Shown here: positions 20,444 to 30,780 of the stretch, one piece after another
How positions within the stretch are numbered: position 1 is the stretch's first letter
How the letters are laid out: each line of letters begins with the position of its first letter
Assembly (NCBI GenBank): GCA_032251455.1
Contig: JAVVEG010000013.1
Location: 24,532 to 88,531, forward strand
Direction: 5' to 3'
DNA from: Pseudomonadales bacterium
GTDB lineage: Bacteria > Pseudomonadota > Gammaproteobacteria > Pseudomonadales > Pseudohongiellaceae
DNA length: 64,000 nucleotides
Notes under the pieces: generated by a model
Databases searched by the model: none
What the model was told of the DNA's origin: nothing
Seen by the model: only the letters and a program-made list of their open reading frames with translations
Made by a program: the position numbers and the translations under genes

Positions 20444-20800
20444 ATGGCGATAGATGATCCCCTGAGTATGTCAGCGCTGCTTCAAGTCCTGGTCAGTTTG
20501 GTTCTGCTATGTGGTTTCATTCTGCTTTGTGCCTGGTTATATCGACGCCTGGGTGGCACAGTGGTTGGCGCTGGTGAGAATATTCGTCTGTTGAGTGCCC
20601 TGTCTCTTGGCAACAGGGATCGAATAGCGGTAATCCAGGCAGGCGATAAACAATTATTGCTGGGTGTGTCACCTGGACGCATTAATGTGTTGCACGTCTT
20701 TGAAGAGCCTGTCTTTGAGATAAATGAAAAACATGCCCCCTCTGCGTTCGAATCTATTTTGAAAAACCGCTTATCGAAAACAATGCAACGAAAAGGATAG
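20444..20800 (+). CDS. fliO: Flagellar biosynthesis protein FliO
   Basis: Small single-TM protein between fliN and fliP. Confidence 0.75.
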   Translation: MAIDDPLSMSALLQVLVSLVLLCGFILLCAWLYRRLGGTVVGAGENIRLLSALSLGNRDRIAVIQAGDKQLLLGVSPGRINVLHVFEEPVFEINEKHAPSAFESILKNRLSKTMQRKG

Positions 20801-20807
20801 GCCGGCA

Positions 20808-21611
20808 ATGTCAAGGAATCTCTTTTTCCCCCTGGTGGTATTGATTGCCCAATTGATGATTGCCACTGTACATGCGCAGCCACAGGGTGTCGATGAATTG
20901 GATTCCTTTGGGGGTGGGAACCTGGGGCGTGCTATCGGCATTCCGGCAATGACCGTGACCACTGCAGCGGATGGTTCCCAGAATTATACCGTTACCCTGC
21001 AGATTCTGATCCTCATGACAGCATTGACACTGCTGCCCGCCGTGTTGATGATGATGACCTCTTTTACCCGGATAATCATTGTCTTTGCCATTCTCCGACA
21101 GGCCTTGGGTTTGCAGCAAACTCCATCGAATCAGATTCTGCTCGGTCTGGCGCTTTTTTTGTCGATTTTTATCATGATGCCTGTTTTGGAACAGATCAAT
21201 ACCCAGGCGGTACAACCCTATATCAGCGAACAGATCAGTACCAATGAGGCCTTGCTGCAGGCTGAGCAGCCGATAAGGACGTTCATGCTGGCCCAGACCC
21301 GGGAGAATGATCTTGGGCTATTCATGCGATTGTCTGGTTCGGAACCGGTAGCCAGCGGTGCCGAGGTGCCATTCAGTGTCCTGGTACCAGCGTATGTGAC
21401 CAGTGAGTTGAAAACAGCCTTTCAGATTGGTTTTCTGCTGTTCATTCCCTTTCTTGTCATCGATCTGGTGGTGGCCAGTGTATTGATGGCAATGGGCATG
21501 ATGATGCTCTCGCCAATCATTATTTCTCTGCCTTTCAAGATCATGTTGTTTGTGCTGGTGGATGGCTGGGCCATGGTCATTGGCACCCTGGCGGCAAGTT
21601 TTGGTTCCTGA
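20808..21611 (+). CDS. fliP: Flagellar export apparatus protein FliP
   Basis: Signal peptide plus the conserved core ([29 protein letters not shown]...). Confidence 0.95.
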   Translation: MSRNLFFPLVVLIAQLMIATVHAQPQGVDELDSFGGGNLGRAIGIPAMTVTTAADGSQNYTVTLQILILMTALTLLPAVLMMMTSFTRIIIVFAILRQALGLQQTPSNQILLGLALFLSIFIMMPVLEQINTQAVQPYISEQISTNEALLQAEQPIRTFMLAQTRENDLGLFMRLSGSEPVASGAEVPFSVLVPAYVTSELKTAFQIGFLLFIPFLVIDLVVASVLMAMGMMMLSPIIISLPFKIMLFVLVDGWAMVIGTLAASFGS

Positions 21612-21640
21612 TAACAGAACAATTTTTACGGAGAAGCCTT

Positions 21641-21910
21641 GTGTCACCTGATATGGCAGTAAACATCTGGCAGGAAGCCATGTATCTGATCAGCCTGCTG
21701 GTGGTAGTGATTGTGCTGCCCAGCCTGATAGTGGGTTTGATAGTAAGTACCTTCCAGGCAGCAACGCAAATCAATGAGCAGACGTTGAGCTTTCTGCCCA
21801 GATTGCTGGCAACACTTTTCGCCATAATTCTGGCTGGTCCCTGGTTGTTAGGGAAAATACTGGATTACACGGAACAGTTGATCATCAGTATACCCATGTT
21901 GGTAGGGTGA
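21641..21910 (+). CDS. fliQ: Flagellar export apparatus protein FliQ
   Basis: 89 aa, GLIVSTFQAATQINEQTLSFLPRLLA. GTG start with GGAG 7 nt upstream. Confidence 0.95.
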   Translation: MSPDMAVNIWQEAMYLISLLVVVIVLPSLIVGLIVSTFQAATQINEQTLSFLPRLLATLFAIILAGPWLLGKILDYTEQLIISIPMLVG

Positions 21911-21911
21911 G

Positions 21912-22694
21912 ATGGAAGCGTTGACTTTCAGTGCCAATGAGCTGGAAGGTTTTGTCAGCAGATTACTATGGCCGTTGTTTCGCATTATGGGCTTTTTCCT
22001 GGCGGCCCCGTTGATTGGTACCCAGCTGGTCCCGGCGCGGGTGCGGATCGTGCTTGCTGTAGCCATTGCCTTGTTGCTGGTACCCATTTTGCCGCCAGGA
22101 CCGCAGCTCAGCGGCCTGTCGCTGGCAACAGTGCTGGTAATCATGCATCAGTTACTGATAGGGGTCGCTCTCGGGTTTTTCCTGCAGCTGCTGTTTCAAC
22201 TTTTTGTATTGATGGGGCAAATGATTGCCATGCAAATGGGTTTGGGTTTTGCCTCCATGATTGATCCTTCCAATGGCATCAATGTGGCTATCATGAGTTC
22301 TTTCTATCTGATGTTCGTCAGTTTGTTGTTCATTCTTTTTGATGGTCACCTGGTCATGATTGAAGTGCTGGTGGATAGTTTCACCAGCATTCCCGTTGCC
22401 GAGGTGAGTCTGGGGCCAGCCGTGCTGATGCAGATTGTGCAGACCATTGGCTGGGTCTTTTCCAGTGCGATGATGTTGTCTTTGCCGGCACTGACAGCAC
22501 TGCTGGTCACAAATTTTTCGTTTGGCATCATGACCAGGGCGGCCCCTCAACTTAATATTTTTGCTCTGGGTTTTCCGATCGCGCTGATGTTCGGTCTTTT
22601 TATCGTCTGGATCAGCATGTCGGTTTTTCTGGAAGCGGCTGAAGGCCTGTTCGCCGATGTGTTCATCATGATGCGCAGCCTGATCGGTCAATAA
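21912..22694 (+). CDS. fliR: Flagellar export apparatus protein FliR
   Basis: Polytopic membrane protein in the conserved position. Confidence 0.9.
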   Translation: MEALTFSANELEGFVSRLLWPLFRIMGFFLAAPLIGTQLVPARVRIVLAVAIALLLVPILPPGPQLSGLSLATVLVIMHQLLIGVALGFFLQLLFQLFVLMGQMIAMQMGLGFASMIDPSNGINVAIMSSFYLMFVSLLFILFDGHLVMIEVLVDSFTSIPVAEVSLGPAVLMQIVQTIGWVFSSAMMLSLPALTALLVTNFSFGIMTRAAPQLNIFALGFPIALMFGLFIVWISMSVFLEAAEGLFADVFIMMRSLIGQ

Positions 22695-22724
22695 GGGCAT
22701 AACGCAGCCAGGGGAGAAAGCCAC

Positions 22725-23861
22725 ATGGCGGAAGATTCAGATACCTCGGCGGAGAAAAGCCAGGAACCCACCCAAAAAAGGCTCGATGAGGCGAGGGAGG
22801 AAGGGGAGACCCCCAGGTCCAGGGAATTGAATACAGCTGCTGTGCTCATTGCTGGCAGCGCCAGTTTGTTGATTTTTGGAGGAACCCTGGTTCGTGGTCT
22901 GGTGGGGGTAATGAATCACAACCTGACAGTGCCTCGTGCAGCTATTTTCGATACCAGTGCCATGTTGCGTTACCTGGATGATTCGGTTCTGGCGGGGTTC
23001 ATCGCTTTATTGCCCATTTTCGGCGTCTTGTTGCTGGCTGCCATTCTGGGGCCCCTGGCCCTGGGTGGCTGGAACTTCAGCCTCAAGGCCATTGCTCCCA
23101 AGTTCAATCGAATGAACCCTTTCAGTGGTCTGGCCAGAATGTTTGGCCCGAAAGCCCTGCTTGAGCTGCTCAAGGCAGTGGCCAAGGTGCTGGTGGTTGC
23201 CGCGCTGGCCTTGCTGGTTCTGGCCTTGAATGCCGATGCGATTCTTGGCATTCAGCACGAAGCGGTCAGGCCCGGTATGCAACACACCCTGAGTATCATT
23301 GCCTGGTCTGCCCTGTTGATTTCCACAGCAATGATTCTGATTACAGCGATTGATATCCCCATACAGCTGCATCAGCACAAACAGAAACTGATGATGACCC
23401 TGCAGCAGGTCAAGGATGAAATGAAAGATACCGATGGGCGGCCGGAAGTCAAACAGCGAATCCGTCAGTTACAACATCAGATGGCACAGAACCGTATGAT
23501 GGGTGATGTGCCCAAGGCGGATGTGGTCATTACCAACCCTGAACATTTTGCAGTGGCCTTGCGTTACGATCAGGGCCAGGAGTCAGCACCTGTGGTGTTG
23601 GCCAAAGGCGCTGATCAGCTGGCCTTCAGAATCAGAGAAGTGGCAATGGAGAATGAAGTGCCTGTTATCACCTCTCCGGCATTGGCCCGGGCCATTTATT
23701 TCAACACAGACATTGGCAGTGAGATCCCGGGGGGACTTTATGTTGCTGTTGCTCAGGTGCTCGCTTATATATTCCAGTTGAACCAGTACGCCCAGGGCAA
23801 GAGTCTGAAGCCGGTATTGACCGAGCATCTTGATATTCCTGAAGATTTGCGACACGACTGA
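22725..23861 (+). CDS. flhB: Flagellar export switch protein FlhB
   Basis: EKSQEPTQKRLDEAREEGE N-terminus and the NPEH autocleavage motif (VVITNPEHFAVAL). Confidence 0.95.
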   Translation: MAEDSDTSAEKSQEPTQKRLDEAREEGETPRSRELNTAAVLIAGSASLLIFGGTLVRGLVGVMNHNLTVPRAAIFDTSAMLRYLDDSVLAGFIALLPIFGVLLLAAILGPLALGGWNFSLKAIAPKFNRMNPFSGLARMFGPKALLELLKAVAKVLVVAALALLVLALNADAILGIQHEAVRPGMQHTLSIIAWSALLISTAMILITAIDIPIQLHQHKQKLMMTLQQVKDEMKDTDGRPEVKQRIRQLQHQMAQNRMMGDVPKADVVITNPEHFAVALRYDQGQESAPVVLAKGADQLAFRIREVAMENEVPVITSPALARAIYFNTDIGSEIPGGLYVAVAQVLAYIFQLNQYAQGKSLKPVLTEHLDIPEDLRHD

Positions 23862-23886
23862 TTTATTTCAGCAGCAGGCTCAAAAC

Positions 23887-23902
23887 AGGCCGGATTATTG
23901 CA
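23887..23902 (+). promoter_or_regulatory. Possible sigma54 promoter for flhA (AGGCCGgattaTTGCA)
   Basis: Correct GG/GC spacing and a good -12 element, but a poor -24 hexamer. Confidence 0.35.
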
Positions 23903-23980
23903 GGTATTTGTCATGTGAATGGAATAACTGCTGAAAGCAGGCAAATGCCAGCGAATTGCCAGTTGATGACAGGTATCCGC

Positions 23981-23994
23981 GTCAAATTTTTGAA
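23981..23994. promoter_or_regulatory. Operator-like site GTCAAATTTTTGAA in the flhA leader, 13/14 identical to the fleS palindrome
   Basis: The reverse complement TTCAAAAATTTGAC shares the 13-mer TCAAAAATTTGAC with 7334-7346. Confidence 0.4.
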
Positions 23995-24074
23995 CTGAGC
24001 AGCAGTCTGGGAATGAGAATAACGTCAAGGATTTGCCTTTTGGGTAAATAGCGAAACAGGATAGAAATCAGCGC

Positions 24075-26234
24075 ATGAATTTCAATTCAGGAGCAACACT
24101 GAACCGTAACGGCATACTCAATGGCGCCCGCAGTCTGACCCAGGGTAATCTGGGCATACCGGCACTGTTGCTGGTCATGTTGGCCATGATGACACTGCCC
24201 CTGCCGGCATTTCTGCTGGATGTGTTTTTTACGTTCAATATAGCGCTTGCACTGGTGGTGCTCTCTGTTTCGGTTTACGCCATGCGGCCTCTGGATTTCG
24301 CCGTCTTCCCGACGATTCTGCTGGTGGCCACCTTGTTGCGCCTGGCACTCAATGTGGCCTCTACCCGGGTGGTGTTGCTGGAAGGACACAACGGCGGTGC
24401 TGCTGCCGGCAAGGTGATCGAATCCTTTGGCGAGGTGGTGATAGGGGGGAATTACGCGGTCGGTTTGATCGTATTCGTCATTCTTATCATCATCAACTTT
24501 GTTGTGGTCACCAAGGGGGCGGGCAGGATTGCCGAGGTCAGCGCCCGCTTCACCCTGGATGCCATGCCCGGTAAGCAGATGGCTGTGGATGCTGACCTCA
24601 ATGCGGGGATACTGGATCAGGAGCAGGCCCGGGTGCGCCGCCAGGATATTACCCAGGAAGCGGATTTTTATGGAGCGATGGATGGTGCCAGTAAATTTGT
24701 CAAGGGCGACGCCATTGCCGGTATTCTGATTCTGGTCATCAACCTGCTTGGTGGCCTGGCCATAGGTATGTTGCAGCACGGGCTGGACTTCAACCTGGCC
24801 ATGGAGCGCTATGCCCTGCTTACCATCGGTGATGGATTGGTAGCCCAAATTCCGGCTCTGGTGCTGTCCACCTCGGCAGCCATCATGGTGACCCGCAACA
24901 ATAACTCTGAAATGATGGGGGAACAGGTACTGGGGCAGATGTTTGCCAACCCACGCTCACTGGGTGTGGCTGCAGCCATACTTCTGGTCATGGGAGTAGT
25001 GCCGGGTATGCCACATATGGCTTTTCTTGGTCTGGCGTTTGCTGCCGGTTTGGGCTCGCTAGGAATCTATCTGGCTCAGGCACAGAAAAAGCGTGATGAG
25101 GCAGTGACTGCAAACCTGCCGGCACCTGCAGACAGCAAAGAAGCGGAAGAGGCCCAGGAACTGGGCTGGACAGATGTCAAGCCAGTCGATGTGCTGGGCC
25201 TGGAGGTGGGTTACCGCTTGATACCGATGGTGGACAAGAGCCAGGGTGGACAACTGCTGAACCGGATCAAAGGGATTCGCAAGAAACTTTCCCAGGAGTT
25301 GGGTTTTCTGATTCCTCCGGTGCATATCCGGGACAATCTTGACCTGCAGCCCAATGCGTATCGCATTACCTTGATGGGTGTGAATATCGGTGAGGCTGAG
25401 GTGATTCCTGACCGGGAAATGGCCATCAATCCTGGGCAGGTCTATGGCAAGGCTCAGGGCATTGCCACCAAGGACCCGGCATTCGGTCTGGATGCCCTGT
25501 GGATTGAAGGGGCGCAAAAAGATCAGGTGCAGGCACTGGGCTACACGGTGGTTGACAGCAGCACGGTCGTGGCCACGCATATGAATACCTTGTTGCAACG
25601 GCATGCTCATGAGCTGCTGGGTCATGAGGAAGTGCATGAATTGCTGACCATGCTGGGCAAGACTTCTTCCCGTCTGGCCGAGCAGCTTCCGGCGCAGCTC
25701 AAAATCAATATCCTGGTCAAGGTATTGCAGAACCTGTTGCAGGAAGAAGTGCCACTGAAGGATATGCGGACCATTGCCGAAGCCTTGGCGGCTGCCTCGG
25801 TCAAAAGTCAAGATCCCGTCACCCTGACTGCTGCAGTGCGTATTGCCCTGGCTCGCGTAATCATCCAGAACATCTATGGAAACAGTGTGGAATTGCCGGT
25901 AATGACCCTGGATCCAAATCTGGAACAGATATTGCTTAAATCAATGCAACAGTCTTCACAACAGACAAACGGCAGCAATACGCAGGCAACACTTATGACA
26001 GAAGACAGTATGACCATCGAGCCGGGAATGGCAGCCAGATTACAAAAGTCCCTGGCTGGAGCAGCCCAATCCCAGGAGTTGGCAGGCAGACCTGCAGTCC
26101 TGCTGGTGGCAGCCCCGTTGCGTCCTTTGCTGAGTCGCTTTTTCCGTCATACGGTGGCGGGGCTGAAGGTGCTCTCTTACCAGGAGATACCCGATAACAA
26201 GCAGGTAACCATTGTGGCCACGGTTGGACAATAA
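24075..26234 (+). CDS. flhA: Flagellar export apparatus protein FlhA
   Basis: Highly conserved throughout (FPTILLVATLLRLALNVASTR, AMPGKQMAVDADLNAG, FVKGDAIAGILI). Confidence 0.97.
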   Translation: MNFNSGATLNRNGILNGARSLTQGNLGIPALLLVMLAMMTLPLPAFLLDVFFTFNIALALVVLSVSVYAMRPLDFAVFPTILLVATLLRLALNVASTRVVLLEGHNGGAAAGKVIESFGEVVIGGNYAVGLIVFVILIIINFVVVTKGAGRIAEVSARFTLDAMPGKQMAVDADLNAGILDQEQARVRRQDITQEADFYGAMDGASKFVKGDAIAGILILVINLLGGLAIGMLQHGLDFNLAMERYALLTIGDGLVAQIPALVLSTSAAIMVTRNNNSEMMGEQVLGQMFANPRSLGVAAAILLVMGVVPGMPHMAFLGLAFAAGLGSLGIYLAQAQKKRDEAVTANLPAPADSKEAEEAQELGWTDVKPVDVLGLEVGYRLIPMVDKSQGGQLLNRIKGIRKKLSQELGFLIPPVHIRDNLDLQPNAYRITLMGVNIGEAEVIPDREMAINPGQVYGKAQGIATKDPAFGLDALWIEGAQKDQVQALGYTVVDSSTVVATHMNTLLQRHAHELLGHEEVHELLTMLGKTSSRLAEQLPAQLKINILVKVLQNLLQEEVPLKDMRTIAEALAAASVKSQDPVTLTAAVRIALARVIIQNIYGNSVELPVMTLDPNLEQILLKSMQQSSQQTNGSNTQATLMTEDSMTIEPGMAARLQKSLAGAAQSQELAGRPAVLLVAAPLRPLLSRFFRHTVAGLKVLSYQEIPDNKQVTIVATVGQ

Positions 26235-26307
26235 ACCGGGCCAGGAAGAGAGTCCGCGCAGGAATACAACAGAGCAAGATGATTATCGTCAATACAGGAC
26301 AAGCAGC

Positions 26308-27768
26308 ATGAAAGTAAAACGCTTTGTGGCCTTGGATATGCGCAGCACCCTGACCCAGATTCGACAGGAGCTGGGCGCCGATGCCATCATTCTGTCAACC
26401 CGGACCATAACGGGCGGGGGAGTGGAAGTCATGGTGGCCTATAATCCGGAGCAGATGGAGAGCACAGTTGCCAGTCTGGCTTTGAATCCGCCGGTATTGA
26501 AAGACAAGGAAAGTGGCCGGGAAGGTATCCGGGAGAGTGAACGCGAAAATGACCGGGAAAGCAGGGCGCAAGTTCGCACTCAGGAAAACCGCAGCGATGT
26601 GTTGCTCAAAGCCTTCAGTGCCCGTCAGTTCAGCCGACAGGGGCGGGAATTGCGGCAGGCGCTGACTGACTCTGCGGCAAAAGCCAAACCTTCTAAGGCA
26701 AGCGCGCGACGGCAAGAGTTTGCCGCCAGAGAGCCGGTATCTGGTGATAAACCGGATAAGCCTGTGCAGGAAGCTGTACCAGACGCAGGCATGAAGGCGA
26801 TGCAGGCAGAGCTGAACAGTATTCGCAATCTGCTCGAACAACGACTCAGCGGTTTGGCCTGGGACCAATTCACCAGACGTACGCCGGTACAGGCCTCTAT
26901 CTGGGAGCGGCTCAATGGCATGGGTATCCCGGGACACCTGAGCAAGGAATTGTTGCAACGTCTGACAGAGCAAGACTTTCCGGATAAAGCCTGTCCCGAT
27001 AAAGCCTGGCGCCACACCCTGGCCCATTTGACCAGATCTGTGCCGGTGACGGACACTGATGTGGTGGCGGCAGGAGGGCGGTTTGCCCTGCTCGGGCCGA
27101 CCGGGGTTGGCAAGACCACAACCATTGGCAAGTTGGCCACGCGTTTTGTACTTGAGCATGGCAGCGACTCTGTTGCCCTGGTCACGACCGATACCTATCG
27201 GATTGCAGCACATGAGCAACTGCGTGCCCTGGGAAGAATTCTGGGCGTCAGTGTCCGCATTGTCGACAGACAACATGATCTGGCAATGATTCTGGATGAA
27301 CTGAGCGACAAACAACTGGTACTCATCGATACCGCCGGGCTTTCTCCCGCCTCAGCCGAGATGCAGCAACAACTGCAACAGCTGCAGCTGCAGACCCAGG
27401 CTCCGATCGACAAATTGCTGGTGATGGCGTGTACCAGTCAGGGACAGGTCTTGCGCGCAGCCTGGGCAGCCTATTCGACGGCCGGGCTCAGTGCGTGTAT
27501 TCTTACCCGGCTCGATGAAACTGCGGCTTTTGGTGAGGCGTTGGCGCTGGCCATAGAAAAGAACCTGCCCATAGCCTATGAAACCTTTGGTCAGGCGATT
27601 CCTGAGGATATACGGCGTGCGCAGGCCCATCGCCTGATCAGCAGAGCAGTGGGTCTGGCCAGTGAGGCGCAACTCGATCGTGAACAGTTGATGAATGAAT
27701 TTGGTGGTTTGTACAACATGCCTGGAGCTGCGCCACAGTTGGCAGTAATGGGAGAGAGGTCAATCTAG
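26308..27768 (+). CDS. flhF: Flagellar biosynthesis GTPase FlhF (SRP-type)
   Basis: MKVKRFVALDMRSTLTQIRQELGADAIILS N-terminus, and G-motifs GPTGVGKTTT and DTAG. The tracked start 26212 overlaps flhA and adds a non-conserved extension. Confidence 0.9.
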   Translation: MKVKRFVALDMRSTLTQIRQELGADAIILSTRTITGGGVEVMVAYNPEQMESTVASLALNPPVLKDKESGREGIRESERENDRESRAQVRTQENRSDVLLKAFSARQFSRQGRELRQALTDSAAKAKPSKASARRQEFAAREPVSGDKPDKPVQEAVPDAGMKAMQAELNSIRNLLEQRLSGLAWDQFTRRTPVQASIWERLNGMGIPGHLSKELLQRLTEQDFPDKACPDKAWRHTLAHLTRSVPVTDTDVVAAGGRFALLGPTGVGKTTTIGKLATRFVLEHGSDSVALVTTDTYRIAAHEQLRALGRILGVSVRIVDRQHDLAMILDELSDKQLVLIDTAGLSPASAEMQQQLQQLQLQTQAPIDKLLVMACTSQGQVLRAAWAAYSTAGLSACILTRLDETAAFGEALALAIEKNLPIAYETFGQAIPEDIRRAQAHRLISRAVGLASEAQLDREQLMNEFGGLYNMPGAAPQLAVMGERSI

Positions 27769-28581
27769 ATGCACCCGATCCAGGTAATCGCCGTGACAGG
27801 CGGCAAAGGCGGTGTTGGCAAGACCAATATCTCGGTGAATCTCGGGCTGGCCCTGACCGAGATGGGTAAGCGGGTCATCCTGCTGGATGCCGATCTGGGT
27901 CTGGCCAATGTGGATATTCTGCTTGGACTCAAGCCTGACAAGAATATTGCTGATGTGGTAGCGGGGAAATGCGAGCTGCGCGATATCATGCTGACAACAA
28001 GCTCTGGCCTGAAAGTCATGCCGGCTTCCTCTGGGGTACATTCCCTGACTTCGCTGGGCGCCAGGCAACATGCCGGCATCATCAATGCCTTCAGCACGCT
28101 TGCCGATGAGCTGGATATTCTCCTCATCGATACCGCCGCCGGAATCTCCGACAGTGTGATCAGTTTTGTTCGCGCGGCTCAGGAAGTGCTGCTGGTAGTG
28201 TGTGACGAGCCTTCCTCGATCACTGATGCCTATGCCCTGGTCAAGTTGCTCAATCGTGACTTCAATGTGCAGCGGTTCCGGGTCATTGCCAATATGGCCC
28301 GCACCAGCGGTGAGGGCGTGCGCCTGTTCAACAAGTTCATGCACGTAACAGACCGTTTTCTGGACGTCAATCTGCAGTATGCTGGTGAGATTCCGTTTGA
28401 TGATACAGTGCGCAAGGCCACGCAACGCCAAAAGCCTGTACTGGAGGCCTATCCCGGAGGCAAGGCAGCCCAGGCTTATCGCAAGCTGGCCAAAGAATGC
28501 CTGCAATGGCCGATTGAGCAACAGGCCAACGGGCAACTTGAATTTTTTGTGGAAAGACTGGTAGCAGCCTCAGCAGGTTAA
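27769..28581 (+). CDS. flhG: MinD/ParA-type flagellar number regulator FlhG (FleN)
   Basis: Deviant Walker A GGKGGVGKT; position between flhF and fliA. Confidence 0.9.
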   Translation: MHPIQVIAVTGGKGGVGKTNISVNLGLALTEMGKRVILLDADLGLANVDILLGLKPDKNIADVVAGKCELRDIMLTTSSGLKVMPASSGVHSLTSLGARQHAGIINAFSTLADELDILLIDTAAGISDSVISFVRAAQEVLLVVCDEPSSITDAYALVKLLNRDFNVQRFRVIANMARTSGEGVRLFNKFMHVTDRFLDVNLQYAGEIPFDDTVRKATQRQKPVLEAYPGGKAAQAYRKLAKECLQWPIEQQANGQLEFFVERLVAASAG

Positions 28582-29321
28582 TGAAGATGACAGGATCAGC
28601 CATGGGAGCAGCCTTGTATAACGAAGTGCAGACAGAAAGTCTGAACGATATTGTGATCCGCTATGCCCCTCTGGTTAAGCGTATTGCTCACCATTTGTTA
28701 TTGCGGATGCCTGCCAGTGTACAGGTGGATGATCTGATCCAGTCCGGCATGATCGGTTTGCTGGAAGCTGCCAGCAAATATGATGTCTCCAAAGGGGCCA
28801 GTTTCGAGACCTATGCCGGTATCCGCATACGGGGTGCCATGCTTGATGAAATCCGCAAGGGTGACTGGGCTCCCCGCTCCGTACACCGCAAGTCGCGACA
28901 GGTGGCCGAGGCAGTCAAGGCAGTGGAGTCACGAACCGGGACAGATGCCAAGGATCATGAAGTGGCTGAGGAAATGGGCATTGATATAGACAGCTATTAC
29001 GCCATTCTGCAGGATGCTTCAGGCAGTCGCTTGTTCAGTTTTGATGATATTACCGATGGCGATGACGCACTGATGCACTCAGCCGTCGGAGCGCTGAGTG
29101 GCCCGGCGGAAGGTATGCAGAATGAGGCTTTCCGTGAACAATTGGCGGCTGCTATCGATGAGCTGCCGGAACGGGAGAAACTGGTCCTGTCTCTGTATTA
29201 TGACGAAGAGCTGAACCTCAAGGAAATTGGGGAAGTGCTGGGGGTCAGCGAATCCAGGGTCAGTCAGATTCACAGCCAGGCAGCCCTGCGCCTGCGTGCC
29301 CGCCTGGGCGAGTGGCGCTGA
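28581..29321 (+). CDS. fliA: Flagellar sigma factor sigma28 (FliA)
   Basis: Sigma70 regions 2-4 (DDLIQSGMIGLLEAASKYD, ELNLKEIGEVLGVSESRVSQIHSQA). TAATG overlap with flhG. Confidence 0.95.
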   Translation: MKMTGSAMGAALYNEVQTESLNDIVIRYAPLVKRIAHHLLLRMPASVQVDDLIQSGMIGLLEAASKYDVSKGASFETYAGIRIRGAMLDEIRKGDWAPRSVHRKSRQVAEAVKAVESRTGTDAKDHEVAEEMGIDIDSYYAILQDASGSRLFSFDDITDGDDALMHSAVGALSGPAEGMQNEAFREQLAAAIDELPEREKLVLSLYYDEELNLKEIGEVLGVSESRVSQIHSQAALRLRARLGEWR

Positions 29322-29438
29322 TACCCACAGTGATGTCCCGCTGCCATTTCCCTGGCAATATCCTCTTATTTCTGATCCTGCCGCGCTGATGGTTTGGCTG
29401 CTATTCCTGTGCGGCCAGAATTAAATCATGAAATGCCC

Positions 29439-29465
29439 TAAATAAAGTGGCTCAACTGGCGATAA
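29439..29465 (+). promoter_or_regulatory. sigma28-type promoter upstream of cheY (TAAA-N15-GGCGATAA)
   Basis: TAAATAAAGTGGCTCAACTGGCGATAA against the TAAA-N15-GCCGATAA consensus: one mismatch and exact spacing. Confidence 0.7.
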
Positions 29466-29537
29466 CCCTAGACAAAGCTGGGATAAAGCTGTCAATCCAT
29501 CTGTTATCAGCTCCTGACTGACTATGCGGAGGTCGTT

Positions 29538-29930
29538 TTGAACAAGAACATGAAGATTCTCATCGTGGATGATTTTTCGACGATGCGACGAATTATTAAA
29601 AATCTGTTGAGAGATCTGGGGTTTACCAATACCGCCGAAGCAGATGACGGAAGTACGGCTCTGCCGATGCTGGAAGCCGGCAGTTTCGATTTCCTGGTGA
29701 CCGACTGGAACATGCCTGGCATGACCGGTATTGATTTGCTGAAAGCCTGTCGGGCCAGTGACAAGCTCAAGAGTTTGCCGGTGCTCATGGTTACGGCAGA
29801 GGCCAAACGGGACCAGATCATTGCTGCAGCCCAGGCTGGAGTCAATGGTTATGTGGTCAAACCATTCACGGCAGCGGCGCTGCAGGAAAAAATAGAAAAG
29901 ATTTTCGAGCGTATCGAAACTACCAGTTAA
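29538..29930 (+). CDS. cheY: Chemotaxis response regulator CheY
   Basis: [12 protein letters not shown]...DWNMPGM...KPFT. TTG 29538 (GGAGG 5 nt upstream) or ATG 29550. Confidence 0.95.
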   Translation: MNKNMKILIVDDFSTMRRIIKNLLRDLGFTNTAEADDGSTALPMLEAGSFDFLVTDWNMPGMTGIDLLKACRASDKLKSLPVLMVTAEAKRDQIIAAAQAGVNGYVVKPFTAAALQEKIEKIFERIETTS

Positions 29931-29943
29931 AGGAAGCCCGACC

Positions 29944-30753
29944 ATGGCGGTAGACAAGACAACAGCAGGCAGCAACGAAGAGGCGAGCAGTGAGGAATTC
30001 ACCAGGAAGTTGAAACAGCATACCCTGCAGCTTCTGGAGAAGCTTGAAGCGGATGATATTGGCGCCGCCAATGAACTGATCCGGGAGATCAATGGCTTCA
30101 AGGATCAAACCCTCTACCATGAAATAGGACGCCTGACCCGGGCATTGCACAATGCTCTCAAGGATTTTCACCTGGATATAGGCCTGCATGGCTATGTGGA
30201 GGTTGAAAGTGAGCTTTCCGAAATAGCCGATGCGCGCAGTCGTTTGCATTATGTGATCAAGCTGACCGAGGATGCAGCCAATCGCACCATGGACATGGTG
30301 GAAGCAAGCGAGCCGGTATTGAGCAATCTGGTTGAAGAGGCAAAGAGCCTGCAGGCGCAGTGGCAGCAGGCGAAGGGTGGCGATGATCAAGTCAAATTGT
30401 ATGCCCAGGTCGATAGCCTGTTATCCCGGATGACACAGGATGGTGCCCAACTGCACGGGCGACTCAACGATATTTTGATGGCTCAGGGTTTTCAGGATCT
30501 CAGTGGTCAGGTAATCAAGCGCGTTATCGATCTGGTCAGTGATGTCGAGCGCAGTCTGGTCCGGCTGGTCAAGCTGGCCAGCGATGTGGAAGTGGTTGCT
30601 GGTGTCAGCAATCCGGTATTGAGCAAACCGGCATCGAAGGCAAACAAAGAGGATCAGTTGCGGGCTGAAGGCCCTTTGTTGCAGAACACCAAAAGCGTTG
30701 TGGTATCTGGCCAGGATGATGTGGATGAACTGTTGTCCAGTCTTGGTTTTTGA
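29944..30753 (+). CDS. cheZ: CheY-P phosphatase CheZ
   Basis: Active-site region MAQGFQDLSGQVIKRVIDLV and the C-terminal CheY-binding peptide DDVDELLSSLGF. Confidence 0.9.
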   Translation: MAVDKTTAGSNEEASSEEFTRKLKQHTLQLLEKLEADDIGAANELIREINGFKDQTLYHEIGRLTRALHNALKDFHLDIGLHGYVEVESELSEIADARSRLHYVIKLTEDAANRTMDMVEASEPVLSNLVEEAKSLQAQWQQAKGGDDQVKLYAQVDSLLSRMTQDGAQLHGRLNDILMAQGFQDLSGQVIKRVIDLVSDVERSLVRLVKLASDVEVVAGVSNPVLSKPASKANKEDQLRAEGPLLQNTKSVVVSGQDDVDELLSSLGF

Positions 30754-30780
30754 AAGCAATACAAAAAAGGTAAGGTTGTC

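Noticed and set aside
29421-30101. A 226-aa minus-strand ORF covering the cheY region, and an 87-aa ORF (19971-20234) bridging fliM and fliN.
   Set aside because: Both overlap strongly conserved genes (cheY, fliN) and have no RBS and no recognisable motifs.
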